From contig JAGLHE010000119.1 in the NCBI GenBank assembly GCA_023143685.1, positions 1-37,819 on the forward strand: a stretch of 37,819 bases of DNA, written 5' to 3'. Source of the stretch: Candidatus Omnitrophota bacterium. Lineage in GTDB: Bacteria > Omnitrophota > Gorgyraeia > Zapsychrales > JANLHA01. This document shows positions 1 through 9,006 of the stretch, one piece after another; the first letter of the stretch is position 1, and every line of letters starts with the position of its first letter. A program made the position numbers and the translations under genes. The notes below the pieces were generated by a model. It worked only from the letters and a program-made list of their open reading frames with translations. It had not been told where the DNA came from and did not search any database.

Positions 1-626
1 TCAGGATTAACCTCCCTGCCTTTCTGCAAGACTACAATCGCGTCATCATACCTCCCTAACCTCTCATATGCCAAACCCAAATTATAATATCCTTTCTCAC
101 TTTTTGGGGCAGATTCTTTGATATGCAACCTATCCGTTATCATTTTAAAAATCTTAGACCTAACATCAACTTTAAAATAAGGACGGATTTCCGGAAGAGT
201 CAAGACCCCGATATACGAACCTACCGCTACCCAATTAAAATACAATTTAAAAAAATATCCTAAAAATTCAGGCCGGCCAAAACGCAAGGCCATAATATAG
301 AACAACACAACTCCATGAATGACACCTAAAACAATAAAAGCCTTACGGGCAAAACGGTCATAACGAAAAAGCCCCTCCGCCGATAAAGAAACAAGCAGGA
401 TCCAAAGAAGGTGGACAAACCAAAATTCATTCAAATATCCTTGAAACAAATCATAAGGAAAAACTGCAACAATAGCAACAAAGGAGACAATGCGGGGATA
501 AATGGGATTGGCTGGAAGGGCAGCATAATACATTAGAAATATCAGAAAAAGATTCGCAAAAAGAATGCTCCAACTAATAAAGCTTAATGGCAGGGGCCTG
601 GATGAATCACGTGTTATTCTTATCAT
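1..626 (-). CDS. Partial CDS (3' end off-window): polytopic membrane protein with C-terminal TPR-like repeat
   Basis: Absent from the ORF track because it runs off the left edge. ATG at 626-624, frame open to position 1. Translation MIRITRDSSRPLPLSFISWSILFANLFLIFLMYYAAL... is rich in hydrophobic helices and ends ...GYYNLGLAYERLGRYDDAIVVLQKGREVNP, a textbook TPR consensus. It starts 5 nt after the stop of the upstream gene. Confidence 0.55.
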   Translation of the reverse strand, partial: MIRITRDSSRPLPLSFISWSILFANLFLIFLMYYAALPANPIYPRIVSFVAIVAVFPYDLFQGYLNEFWFVHLLWILLVSLSAEGLFRYDRFARKAFIVLGVIHGVVLFYIMALRFGRPEFLGYFFKLYFNWVAVGSYIGVLTLPEIRPYFKVDVRSKIFKMITDRLHIKESAPKSEKGYYNLGLAYERLGRYDDAIVVLQKGREVNP

Positions 627-630
627 AAAT

Positions 631-1224
631 TTATTTTTTTGACCCAGAAAATACGTTCTCCCGATTAATACAATTTCTCAAATGATATACGACAATACCA
701 AAAGCCACAGAAACATTAAGAGAATTTTTAATACCCCCCATTTCAATATCCACAGCTACATCCGCAAGGGCAATGAGATCGCCTGAAACACCCTCGACCT
801 CATTACCGACAACCAGACAAATGGGTTTTTCCGGCACAAAATGTTGATACCCGACGCTGGTGTCTGTCTGCTCAAGAAGAACAATTTGATATCCCGCTTT
901 TTTCAACTTTTTAACGACTTTCACAACATCGCGGCAATGATCCCAAGGCACACGCTCTTCGGCCCCTAAAGCAATTTTAGAAATTTGTGCTTGCGGCGGG
1001 AATCCGGTGATTCCACATAACCAAATCTTTTCAACACCAACCCCGTCACCAGACCGGAAGATCGCGCCTACATTATGCAAACTTCGAATATTATCAAGGA
1101 CAACGGTTAACGGAATCCGCGGTTCTCGGGCGCGGATCTTTTGGCGGGCAACAATTTCCTGGTGGGTAAACTTTCGCATATTAATAACTGGGTGATGTAC
1201 GAGGTACGAAAAAAAACCGAACAT
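631..1224 (-). CDS. SpoU/TrmH-family RNA 2'-O-methyltransferase
   Basis: SPOUT motifs: LTVVLDNIRSLHNVGAIFRSGDG, LVVGNEVEGVS, IEMGGIKNSLNVSVAFGIVVY. The track start at 1227 is GTG. ATG at 1224 follows a GAGGTG; ATG at 1179 is an alternative start. Confidence 0.85.
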   Translation of the reverse strand: MFGFFSYLVHHPVINMRKFTHQEIVARQKIRAREPRIPLTVVLDNIRSLHNVGAIFRSGDGVGVEKIWLCGITGFPPQAQISKIALGAEERVPWDHCRDVVKVVKKLKKAGYQIVLLEQTDTSVGYQHFVPEKPICLVVGNEVEGVSGDLIALADVAVDIEMGGIKNSLNVSVAFGIVVYHLRNCINRENVFSGSKK

Positions 1225-1272
1225 CACACCTCGTATATCGGGCCTCGCACTTCGTACTTAAACAAAATCGAC

Positions 1273-1839
1273 TCAATCATGGTGCGTTGCATGCCGGATA
1301 GGTTCTTTTCTGGATTCTTTACTAACAATCTTTTTCCTGGTTTTCTTCTTCCGGGCGAGCGCCCGCTTCAACTTGGGCCAATGCTCTTCTGCTAAAATAT
1401 ATCCAACACATCTCTTTGATCCGCAACAACATTTATGCTCCTGATAGTCTTCGAAATCATAACCATAACTATATGTCAACTCTTCACCTTTTTCGATATC
1501 GCGCAGCGCAATAATCCAAATATGTCCGCGAATAATATCGGTCTCACAATCAGGATCGCACGAGTGATTAAGAAAGCGGGCTGTGTTATAGGATACAGCT
1601 CCATCCACGTCGTAACGTTTATTCAACTGAAAAATATACACCGCGCCATGGGCAGCATCTTTCTTATGCCGATTTAATGGGATATCCGCACGACGGTCCG
1701 ATTCAGCTTTTGTGATCCGCTCGCCAACGTATTCAATAATACGCGTGCCCTCGGGAATAAATTTCTTGGCAAAAACACCTGTGCTATGAATACGTGAATC
1801 TCTAACAACAACATAAGGACTGGTTGTCTTTCTTGGCAT
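1273..1839 (-). CDS. SET-domain protein methyltransferase with post-SET Cys cluster and lysine-rich C-terminal tail
   Basis: Motifs GVFAKKFIPEGTRIIEYVGE, RFLNHSCDPDC, GEELTYSYGYDF, post-SET CCCGSKRC, tail KLKRALARKKKTRKKIVSKESRK. The internal ATG at 1839 is preceded by GAAGGAGA, so the track's N-terminal extension to 1929 is rejected. Confidence 0.85.
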   Translation of the reverse strand: MPRKTTSPYVVVRDSRIHSTGVFAKKFIPEGTRIIEYVGERITKAESDRRADIPLNRHKKDAAHGAVYIFQLNKRYDVDGAVSYNTARFLNHSCDPDCETDIIRGHIWIIALRDIEKGEELTYSYGYDFEDYQEHKCCCGSKRCVGYILAEEHWPKLKRALARKKKTRKKIVSKESRKEPIRHATHHD

Positions 1840-1888
1840 ATGAATCTCCTTCAAACATAATAATTTTAACTTAAATATATTCTTGTGG

Positions 1889-1916
1889 ATTATAACAAAA
1901 AATCGAGCCGGATAAA
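1889..1916 (-). promoter_or_regulatory. Sigma-70-type promoter with extended -10 (TTTATC-16-TGTTATAAT) for the SET gene
   Basis: Minus strand reads TTTATC (1916-1911), a 16-nt spacer, TG (1897-1896), TATAAT (1894-1889), about 50 nt upstream of the ATG at 1839. Confidence 0.55.
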
Positions 1917-1993
1917 GCCTTAATGGCAACAGGGCAGGACATTTCTTCGCGCATCAAACACTCATGCCTCACAGCACAACTCATCCAACATTT

Positions 1994-2356
1994 TTATTCC
2001 GGAAAATGCTTCTTAACAGCGGCCACCAGCTTTCCACTTTCAAACGGCTTAACGATATAATCGACAACTCCCTCCAGCTTAAACAAATCTTCCATCATCT
2101 CTTTCGCCGTTAAAACAATAACAGGAACATCCTTCGCCTCCTCAAGGCGCTTAATCTCAAGGATTAAAGAATACCCATCCATATTCGGCATCATAACATC
2201 TGTAATAATCAACTTCGGTTTCTCTTGCGGAATCATTCTCAACCCTTCATCACCATCCAATGCCGTAACAACTTCAAATTCGCATGCTTCTAATCGCGCT
2301 TTAATCACTCCTAAAATTCCGGGATCATCATCAATAACAAGTATTTTCTTACTCAC
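1994..2356 (-). CDS. Stand-alone CheY-like response regulator receiver domain
   Basis: Full receiver signature: VIDDD, LIITDVMMPNMDG, VIVLTA, YIVKPF. No output domain. GTG start preceded by GGGAGGG. Confidence 0.9.
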   Translation of the reverse strand: MSKKILVIDDDPGILGVIKARLEACEFEVVTALDGDEGLRMIPQEKPKLIITDVMMPNMDGYSLILEIKRLEEAKDVPVIVLTAKEMMEDLFKLEGVVDYIVKPFESGKLVAAVKKHFPE

Positions 2357-2370
2357 AACACCCTCCCTGT

Positions 2371-2688
2371 TTAGTCATTATTGCTCTCTTTAGCTGTCTC
2401 GAGAAGCTCATTAATATTATATGTTAACCGCTTGATATTATTCAAGGCCATCTCTAAAAGCTGTCCCTGCTCTTCATTGACCGGGCCGCCGATGCCGTCA
2501 ATAAGCTGCGACAAGCTCTCTTTAACAATTGTTAAAGGTGTGCGCACCTCATGAGCCACTAAAGACATAAAGGCTTCTTTCCCTGCAAGAAGCCTCTCAA
2601 TTTCTTTATCTCTTTGGACAATTTCTACGCTCAAGGCCTTCAATTGGGCCTCCTGTTCCTTAAATTTCTTTCTATATTCTTCAGACAT
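2371..2688 (-). CDS. Histidine-kinase DHp (HisKA) domain-only protein, no catalytic ATPase domain
   Basis: Coiled-coil N-terminus, H-box SLVAHEVRTPLTIV, second helix IKRLTYNINELLETAKE, then a stop. The gene 14 nt downstream is the receiver. No N/G1/G2 boxes in any frame nearby. Confidence 0.75.
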   Translation of the reverse strand: MSEEYRKKFKEQEAQLKALSVEIVQRDKEIERLLAGKEAFMSLVAHEVRTPLTIVKESLSQLIDGIGGPVNEEQGQLLEMALNNIKRLTYNINELLETAKESNND

Positions 2689-2794
2689 ATTATAAACATC
2701 CTTTATGTTAGATTATATCTCTTTTTTGGAAATCATACTATAATTCCAGCATCCATATTACAAGAGAACTCGCCTCCTTGCAGCATAAAATCTC

Positions 2795-2836
2795 AAAAAA
2801 AAGGCGCCTCCCCTAAAAAGAAAGCGCCTTTTTTAT
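2795..2836 (-). terminator. Rho-independent-type hairpin downstream of gap (A-run/GGCGC ... GCGCC/T-run, symmetric)
   Basis: GGCGC (2803-2807) pairs with GCGCC (2824-2828). The stem is extended by flanking A8 and T6 runs. It lies 17 nt after the gap stop codon. Confidence 0.6.
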
Positions 2837-2852
2837 ACCCGACAAAAACAGT

Positions 2853-3893
<1,041 letters not shown>

Positions 3894-3914
3894 CTATTTC
3901 TTGTTATTAAAAAA

Positions 3915-4922
3915 TTAACCCTTTCCCTCTCCTCTTAAATACTCAGCCGCTACATCCGGAGAGGTATGTATCACATAAAAACCTGTCCCCCACTCAAACC
4001 CTGCTTCTCGCGTCAATTGAGGAACGATTTCAATATGCCAATGATAGCTTTCCTGATTTCCATGATTCAGTGGCGCGATATGCAAATAAAAATTATAAGA
4101 CGGATCTGCTAAGCATGTTTTCAGGCGCGATAACATGTCTTTCAAAATCTGCGCCAAGGCTAAACGTTCTTCATCCTGCAATGAATAAAAAACAGATTCA
4201 TGCTCTTTCGGAAAAATCCAACTTTCAAAAGTATACCGCGGGACATAAGGACAAAAGGCGATAAAATGTTCATTCTCTGTAACAATGCGGTTCTTATCTT
4301 CATACTCCTGCTGAATCATATCACAGTACACACATCGCCCACGATATTGAAAATAGGCTTTAGCCCCTTCCAATTCATCAATCACATAACGCGGCACCAT
4401 CGGGAGTGCTATAATCTGACTGTGCTCGTGCTCGACGGAAGCTCCTGCGGATTCGCCATAATTTTTAAAGATCATAATATACTTAAATCTCTTGTCTTTG
4501 GCAAGACTTAAAGCACGCCTTTGGTACAACCTAAGGACATTAGAAATTTCTTCAACACTGTACTCAGCAAAATTCTTTCCATGCTCAGGAGTCTCAATTA
4601 AAACCTCATGAGCTCCGATACCATTGGATATGTCATATAGCCCTATCCCTCGTTTGCCAATATCGCCTTCTATCGTTAACGCCGGGAATTTATTTGGAAC
4701 AACGCGAGTCATCCATCCAGGAGTGTTTGCCGATGTTCCTTCCGCACGGATAACATCCACTTCCTGTGGTGTTTGATTTTCACGTCCTTCACAAAACTGA
4801 CAAATCGCTGCCTGATGAGAAGAATGGTCTTCCTGCAGATAATCCTGTGGAGCCAACGAATCTTCTTTCGTCTTAACAACAACCCAACGGTCGGCAATAG
4901 GGTCTCTTCTTAACTCAGACAT
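3915..4922 (-). CDS. GalT-family (HIT superfamily) nucleotidyltransferase/phosphorylase, catalytic motif intact
   Basis: Starts MSELRRDPIADRWVVV. Zn motif CQFCEG. HxHxQ active site VEHEHSQIIALP. ATG at 4922; the track extension to 4976 is rejected. It overlaps the upstream paralog by 13 nt. Confidence 0.85.
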   Translation of the reverse strand: MSELRRDPIADRWVVVKTKEDSLAPQDYLQEDHSSHQAAICQFCEGRENQTPQEVDVIRAEGTSANTPGWMTRVVPNKFPALTIEGDIGKRGIGLYDISNGIGAHEVLIETPEHGKNFAEYSVEEISNVLRLYQRRALSLAKDKRFKYIMIFKNYGESAGASVEHEHSQIIALPMVPRYVIDELEGAKAYFQYRGRCVYCDMIQQEYEDKNRIVTENEHFIAFCPYVPRYTFESWIFPKEHESVFYSLQDEERLALAQILKDMLSRLKTCLADPSYNFYLHIAPLNHGNQESYHWHIEIVPQLTREAGFEWGTGFYVIHTSPDVAAEYLRGEGKG

Positions 4923-5926
4923 TCTATTTCCACCTCTCGTAAATATTCCGCAATATCTTCCGGCGGGAGGGAACAAATATGAAACCCCGACCCTTTCTCA
5001 AAACCGGCTGTCTTGGTTATGCGCGGCATCACTTCAATGTGCCAATGAAAATCTTCCTCCAAAGTGAGCCATCTATTATCTTTTTTCGTCTTATGCAAAG
5101 GCGCTGTTTGGATAACATAATTATATGCCGGATCATCTAACCCTATCTTCACACGCAACAAAACTTCTTTTAAAATTTTTGCCAAGTCCTCCTGATATCC
5201 AACAACCCCTTTCGAAAAATAACAATGATGATTCTTGGGGATAATCCATAACTCAAAAGCAAACCGTGGGGCAAAAGGAGCTACCGCCACAAAATGTTCT
5301 GTTTCCACAACAACCCGCTTTTGTGTTTCTATTTCCTGGCGCACGATATCGCAATAAATACATCGATCATGATATTCAAAATATTTTTTAGCGCCACTAA
5401 ATTTTTCCTGAACATTAGCCGGGATAACAGCTGTGGCAATAATCTGAGAACGCGCATGGCCAATACGACGACTCCCGGCAGCCCACCCGTAATTTTTATA
5501 CATTAAGACATACTGAAATTTTGTATTCTTCGCAAGTGCCTGGGAACGCGCGATATAGGCGTCAAAGACCCGCTGAATCTGAGGGATCTCCAAATCAGCC
5601 ATATTTGCCGTATGCGTTGGTGTTTCAATCACAACCTCATGCACACCATAATCATTGATAATATCGTACATACCGTGCCCGCGACGCTTAAATTTTTTAC
5701 TATCATGCAACAATGGCGTGCCGCTTGGGACAACCATAACCTGCCACGCCCCTGATTCATCCCTCACAGCATAAATTTCTTGCTCCTGGCTTGCGCAAAA
5801 CGGGCATTCCTGATCCTCATCAAAAGTATTGCTCTGTTGATCAAAGAAATTGCCAGGCCTTCTCGCCCGCTCTGTAGCGATAATAACCCACCGGCCTGTA
5901 ACTGGATCTCGTCGTAATTCTGGCAT
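4910..5926 (-). CDS. GalT-family paralog with Arg replacing the nucleophilic His (HARSQ instead of HxHxQ)
   Basis: Starts MPELRRDPVTGRWVIIA. CPFCAS Zn motif. IGHARSQIIATA aligns to VEHEHSQIIALP of the neighbour. ATG at 5926; the track extension to 6043 is rejected. Confidence 0.8.
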   Translation of the reverse strand: MPELRRDPVTGRWVIIATERARRPGNFFDQQSNTFDEDQECPFCASQEQEIYAVRDESGAWQVMVVPSGTPLLHDSKKFKRRGHGMYDIINDYGVHEVVIETPTHTANMADLEIPQIQRVFDAYIARSQALAKNTKFQYVLMYKNYGWAAGSRRIGHARSQIIATAVIPANVQEKFSGAKKYFEYHDRCIYCDIVRQEIETQKRVVVETEHFVAVAPFAPRFAFELWIIPKNHHCYFSKGVVGYQEDLAKILKEVLLRVKIGLDDPAYNYVIQTAPLHKTKKDNRWLTLEEDFHWHIEVMPRITKTAGFEKGSGFHICSLPPEDIAEYLREVEIECLS

Positions 5927-5972
5927 AATTAAACCCGCGTTGTGTGAAATGAAACTCTCTGAATTTGGTAGG

Positions 5973-6000
5973 ATTATAACATAATAGAATATGTATGCAA
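5973..6000 (-). promoter_or_regulatory. Sigma-70-type promoter with extended -10 (TTGCAT-16-TGTTATAAT) for the GalT-like pair
   Basis: Minus strand reads TTGCAT (6000-5995), a 16-nt spacer, TGT, TATAAT (5978-5973), about 47 nt upstream of the ATG at 5926. Confidence 0.6.
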
Positions 6001-6020
6001 ATGAAATTTGGAAGAAGAAA

Positions 6021-6066
6021 AATCGCGAAATTACGCTAAACACTACGCGAAATTACGCTAAAAAAC
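6021..6066 (+). repeat. 46-nt composite repeat, copy A (four CGCKAAA-type units of 10-12-10-10 nt)
   Basis: AATCGCGAAATTACGCTAAACACTACGCGAAATTACGCTAAAAAAC. It contains an exact 17-nt direct repeat CGCGAAATTACGCTAAA at 6024-6040 and 6047-6063. It sits between the fmt stop and the promoter at 5973-6000. Confidence 0.9.
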
Positions 6067-6074
6067 AAACCAAA

Positions 6075-7007
6075 TTATCCCAATATCACCCCAGAGGTCA
6101 TTTTATGGCCTAGAACAAAACTCTTAGCGTCCATAGGTTTAGCAGATTCCAGATGAACGCGCTTAAGAACCAGCGCCCCCTTGCCACAAGAAACAACAAC
6201 CCCCTCTTTCGTGATTTCAATAACCTCACCCTCACGCTGCAAATTGTCCTCTTTTTTACGCACGCAAGTTTCTAAAACCTTTAATCGCTTATTATTATAA
6301 TACGTATATGCCGCGGGATATGGCAACAACCCTCGCACAAGGTTATGAATATCCATCGCCGGTTGCGTCCAATCAATATGACCAAAATCCTTCATGATTT
6401 TGGGGGCAAAAGACACCTGGTTTTCATCCTGCACTCGCATAACACAATCCCCTTTTTCAAGGGAATCGATTGCGCGCAATAAGGCGTCCGCACTTAATCT
6501 GGCCATCTTAACACGCAATGTCGCCGAGGTATCCTCTTCTTCAATTGCGATGCGTTCCTGCCAAAGAATATCCCCTGCATCCATTTTCTCATTCATCTTA
6601 ATAACTGAAACACCTGTCTCAATATCTCCGTGAATAATCGCCCAATTAACTGGTGCTGCTCCTCGATATTTTGGCAATAAAGAACCATGCACATTAATCG
6701 CGCAAATGTTCGGGATATCCAGAACCTCCGCCGGTAAAATCTTTCCATACGCAATCACAACAAAAAGGCCAGCATCAAAACTTTTTAATTGATCCTGAAA
6801 CGCGTTGTCTTTAATGTCTTCGGGCTGAGAAACCTCAATATTATTTTCCCGAGCCAACTGCTTTATCGGTGAAACCCGCACTTTCATACCGCGCCCTTTT
6901 GGCCGGTCGGGTTGCGTGACACAAGCAACCACGTCATACTTTAAGGCAATAAGTTTTTCTAAATTCACAGCAGCAAAATCATCACTACCGAAAAATACTA
7001 TTCGCAT
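6075..7007 (-). CDS. fmt: Methionyl-tRNA formyltransferase
   Basis: MRIVFFGSDDFA N-terminus, PDRPKGRG, NVHGSLLPKYRGAAPVNWAI (SLLP motif). ATG at 7007 is preceded by GGAGAAAG. Confidence 0.95.
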   Translation of the reverse strand: MRIVFFGSDDFAAVNLEKLIALKYDVVACVTQPDRPKGRGMKVRVSPIKQLARENNIEVSQPEDIKDNAFQDQLKSFDAGLFVVIAYGKILPAEVLDIPNICAINVHGSLLPKYRGAAPVNWAIIHGDIETGVSVIKMNEKMDAGDILWQERIAIEEEDTSATLRVKMARLSADALLRAIDSLEKGDCVMRVQDENQVSFAPKIMKDFGHIDWTQPAMDIHNLVRGLLPYPAAYTYYNNKRLKVLETCVRKKEDNLQREGEVIEITKEGVVVSCGKGALVLKRVHLESAKPMDAKSFVLGHKMTSGVILG

Positions 7008-7030
7008 AAAAACTTTCTCCATCAAGACAT

Positions 7031-7076
7031 CTTTTTTTGCGTAGTTTCGCGTAATGTTCAGCGTTGTTTAGCGATT
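7031..7076 (-). repeat. 46-nt composite repeat, copy B, inverted relative to copy A
   Basis: Minus strand reads AATCGCTAAACAACGCTGAACATTACGCGAAACTACGCAAAAAAAG. It matches copy A at 38 of 46 positions with the same 10-12-10-10 unit structure. It lies between the priA stop (7081) and the fmt RBS. Confidence 0.9.
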
Positions 7077-7080
7077 ATTT

Positions 7081-8934
7081 CTACGGATTCACATTCACCG
7101 TCATAATGACACTGCGTTTACTTTTAATCTTTTTCGTTGTTTCCTTAACCAAAGACAACATCCGCTTTACGGATTCACCTTTTAACATAATAACAAAACG
7201 ATACTGATCGCGCAATTTATGCGGAATATCCGGGCCGGGATCACTCACCTCAACCCTTTCAGATAAAGATACACCGAGTTTATCATAAAACATTTGCGCT
7301 GCATCCATAGCTTCTTGTTCTTTTTTCCCTCTAAAAACAATCACGATAATGTGCTTAAACGGAGGGCATCCCATCTCTTTTCTTAACAACAATTCTTCAT
7401 TATAAAACGCGTCAAAATCCATTTTCACTGCCGCCTGCAAGCAATAATTATCCCGATGATACGTCTGGACCATCATTTTTTCCTTAGCTGCTTGCCGCAA
7501 ATGCACAAGAAGGGCAAACGTCCTCTGGGCTGCCCGAAAATCAAAACGGTTCAACTCCGCGTCAATATCCAGGACACCAACCAACGCGACCGATGCCGGC
7601 TCTAACCATCGCATGACCGCTTGTGTCGCGATAATAATATCCGCGGTTTTGGGAATATTCGTGCTTTCCCGATCATACCTCATGATCCGTGCCTGAGGAA
7701 AGGTCCGGCTCAATTCGCTTTCAATCTTCTCAATACCTGTCCCTGTCGAACGCATATAGTTCTTTTGACATTCCGGACAAACTTCCGGCAGGTCAACTGT
7801 ATAATTGCACAAATGACACGCGAGTTTCTTCCTGGAATACAAATAAGAAATTGAAACATCGCAGCGTGGACATTTAATTGCATACCCGCATTCACTGCAG
7901 CGCGTTATGGTACTAAACCCCCGTCGATTTAAAAAAAGCAAGGCTTTCTCTCCCCGGGACAACACCTCGGTCATACGACTTTGCAATGGGAATGAAACCA
8001 TTGTTTTCCTAAACAATCGATGTTCCAATAAATCAATCAGCTGAACTTGAATTCCCGGCCCTTCTGAAAAATCTTTTCGCTGAATTTTCCTATCCTTAAC
8101 ATCCTGCCAAATTTCCGCCGAAGGCGCTGAGCTGACAAACAACAAATTCAAATTCTCAATTTCCGCACGCCATCCGGCAACTTCCCGGGCATGATAAAAT
8201 GGTGACTGCTCCTGCTTATATGCCTGATTCTCTTCTTCATACACAACCATCAATCCTAAATTTTGTACCGGCGCAAAAACCGCTGACCGCGTGCCAACAA
8301 CCACCTTAACTCGTCCTTCTTTAATTGCCTGCCATTGTTCCAGTTCTTCTTTAACTTTTAATTTTTTATCCAATATAGCAACAGGGCCTCGATAATGTTT
8401 CTTGATTTCCGCTTGAACCTTTGTGATTAAGCACACCTCCGGAACAAGAAAAATCACACCTTTCCCCTGAGTAACCACTTTGCGAATCTCGTCAAGAATC
8501 CATGGCCATTGTTTTGTCCCTGATGGATCATGGCAAAGAATGGATTGACCTGCCGCGCTGCCACGCACGGAAGACAAGGGATCCAGGGGCATAGCCAGCT
8601 GCAAAGAGCGTTTTGCGCGCAAGGCATTTGGCAAACTTGTCTCAATCGCCTCACCCCAGGAGCAACCGTAATACTGCGAGATTTCTTTCGTTAAACGAAG
8701 AGCTTGTTCGCCCAGAGAGGGGACATTATCAAGAACAGAGTTAATGGGCTTGATATTCTTAAACGTCGTCTTACTCTTTAACCCGACAACAAATCCGACT
8801 TTCTTTTGATAACCAAAGGAAACATACACCCGGGATCCGACACAAACTTCTCCCTCTAAGGATTTCTCGACCTTATAATCAAAAGGGCCTTCGATAGGAA
8901 GGCCGACAACAACTTGAGCAATAGATTGTTTCAT
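7081..8934 (-). CDS. priA: Primosomal replication restart helicase PriA
   Basis: N-terminal IAQVVVGLPIEGPFDYKV, helicase motifs, Cys-rich Zn region CSECGYAIKCPRCDVSISY...CHLCNY...CPECQ. The track start at 8955 is GTG; the first ATG is at 8934. Start uncertain. Confidence 0.9.
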   Translation of the reverse strand: MKQSIAQVVVGLPIEGPFDYKVEKSLEGEVCVGSRVYVSFGYQKKVGFVVGLKSKTTFKNIKPINSVLDNVPSLGEQALRLTKEISQYYGCSWGEAIETSLPNALRAKRSLQLAMPLDPLSSVRGSAAGQSILCHDPSGTKQWPWILDEIRKVVTQGKGVIFLVPEVCLITKVQAEIKKHYRGPVAILDKKLKVKEELEQWQAIKEGRVKVVVGTRSAVFAPVQNLGLMVVYEEENQAYKQEQSPFYHAREVAGWRAEIENLNLLFVSSAPSAEIWQDVKDRKIQRKDFSEGPGIQVQLIDLLEHRLFRKTMVSFPLQSRMTEVLSRGEKALLFLNRRGFSTITRCSECGYAIKCPRCDVSISYLYSRKKLACHLCNYTVDLPEVCPECQKNYMRSTGTGIEKIESELSRTFPQARIMRYDRESTNIPKTADIIIATQAVMRWLEPASVALVGVLDIDAELNRFDFRAAQRTFALLVHLRQAAKEKMMVQTYHRDNYCLQAAVKMDFDAFYNEELLLRKEMGCPPFKHIIVIVFRGKKEQEAMDAAQMFYDKLGVSLSERVEVSDPGPDIPHKLRDQYRFVIMLKGESVKRMLSLVKETTKKIKSKRSVIMTVNVNP

Positions 8935-9006
8935 AATTTCATGACCAAGGCTCACTACCCGTAGCCCAAAAGATCATCGAGACGCCGCAATGCAACGTCT
9001 CTACAA

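Noticed and set aside
1840-1929. N-terminal extensions proposed by the ORF track (also 4923-4976, 5927-6043, 7008-7025, 11533-11640, 15302-15376, 17977-18036, 24086-24130, 27463-27504, 29887-29970, 37642-37731).
   Set aside because: In each case an internal ATG preceded by a GGAG-type site coincides with the conserved family N-terminus. The extensions read through promoters, repeats or the upstream gene, and several begin with GTG or TTG.
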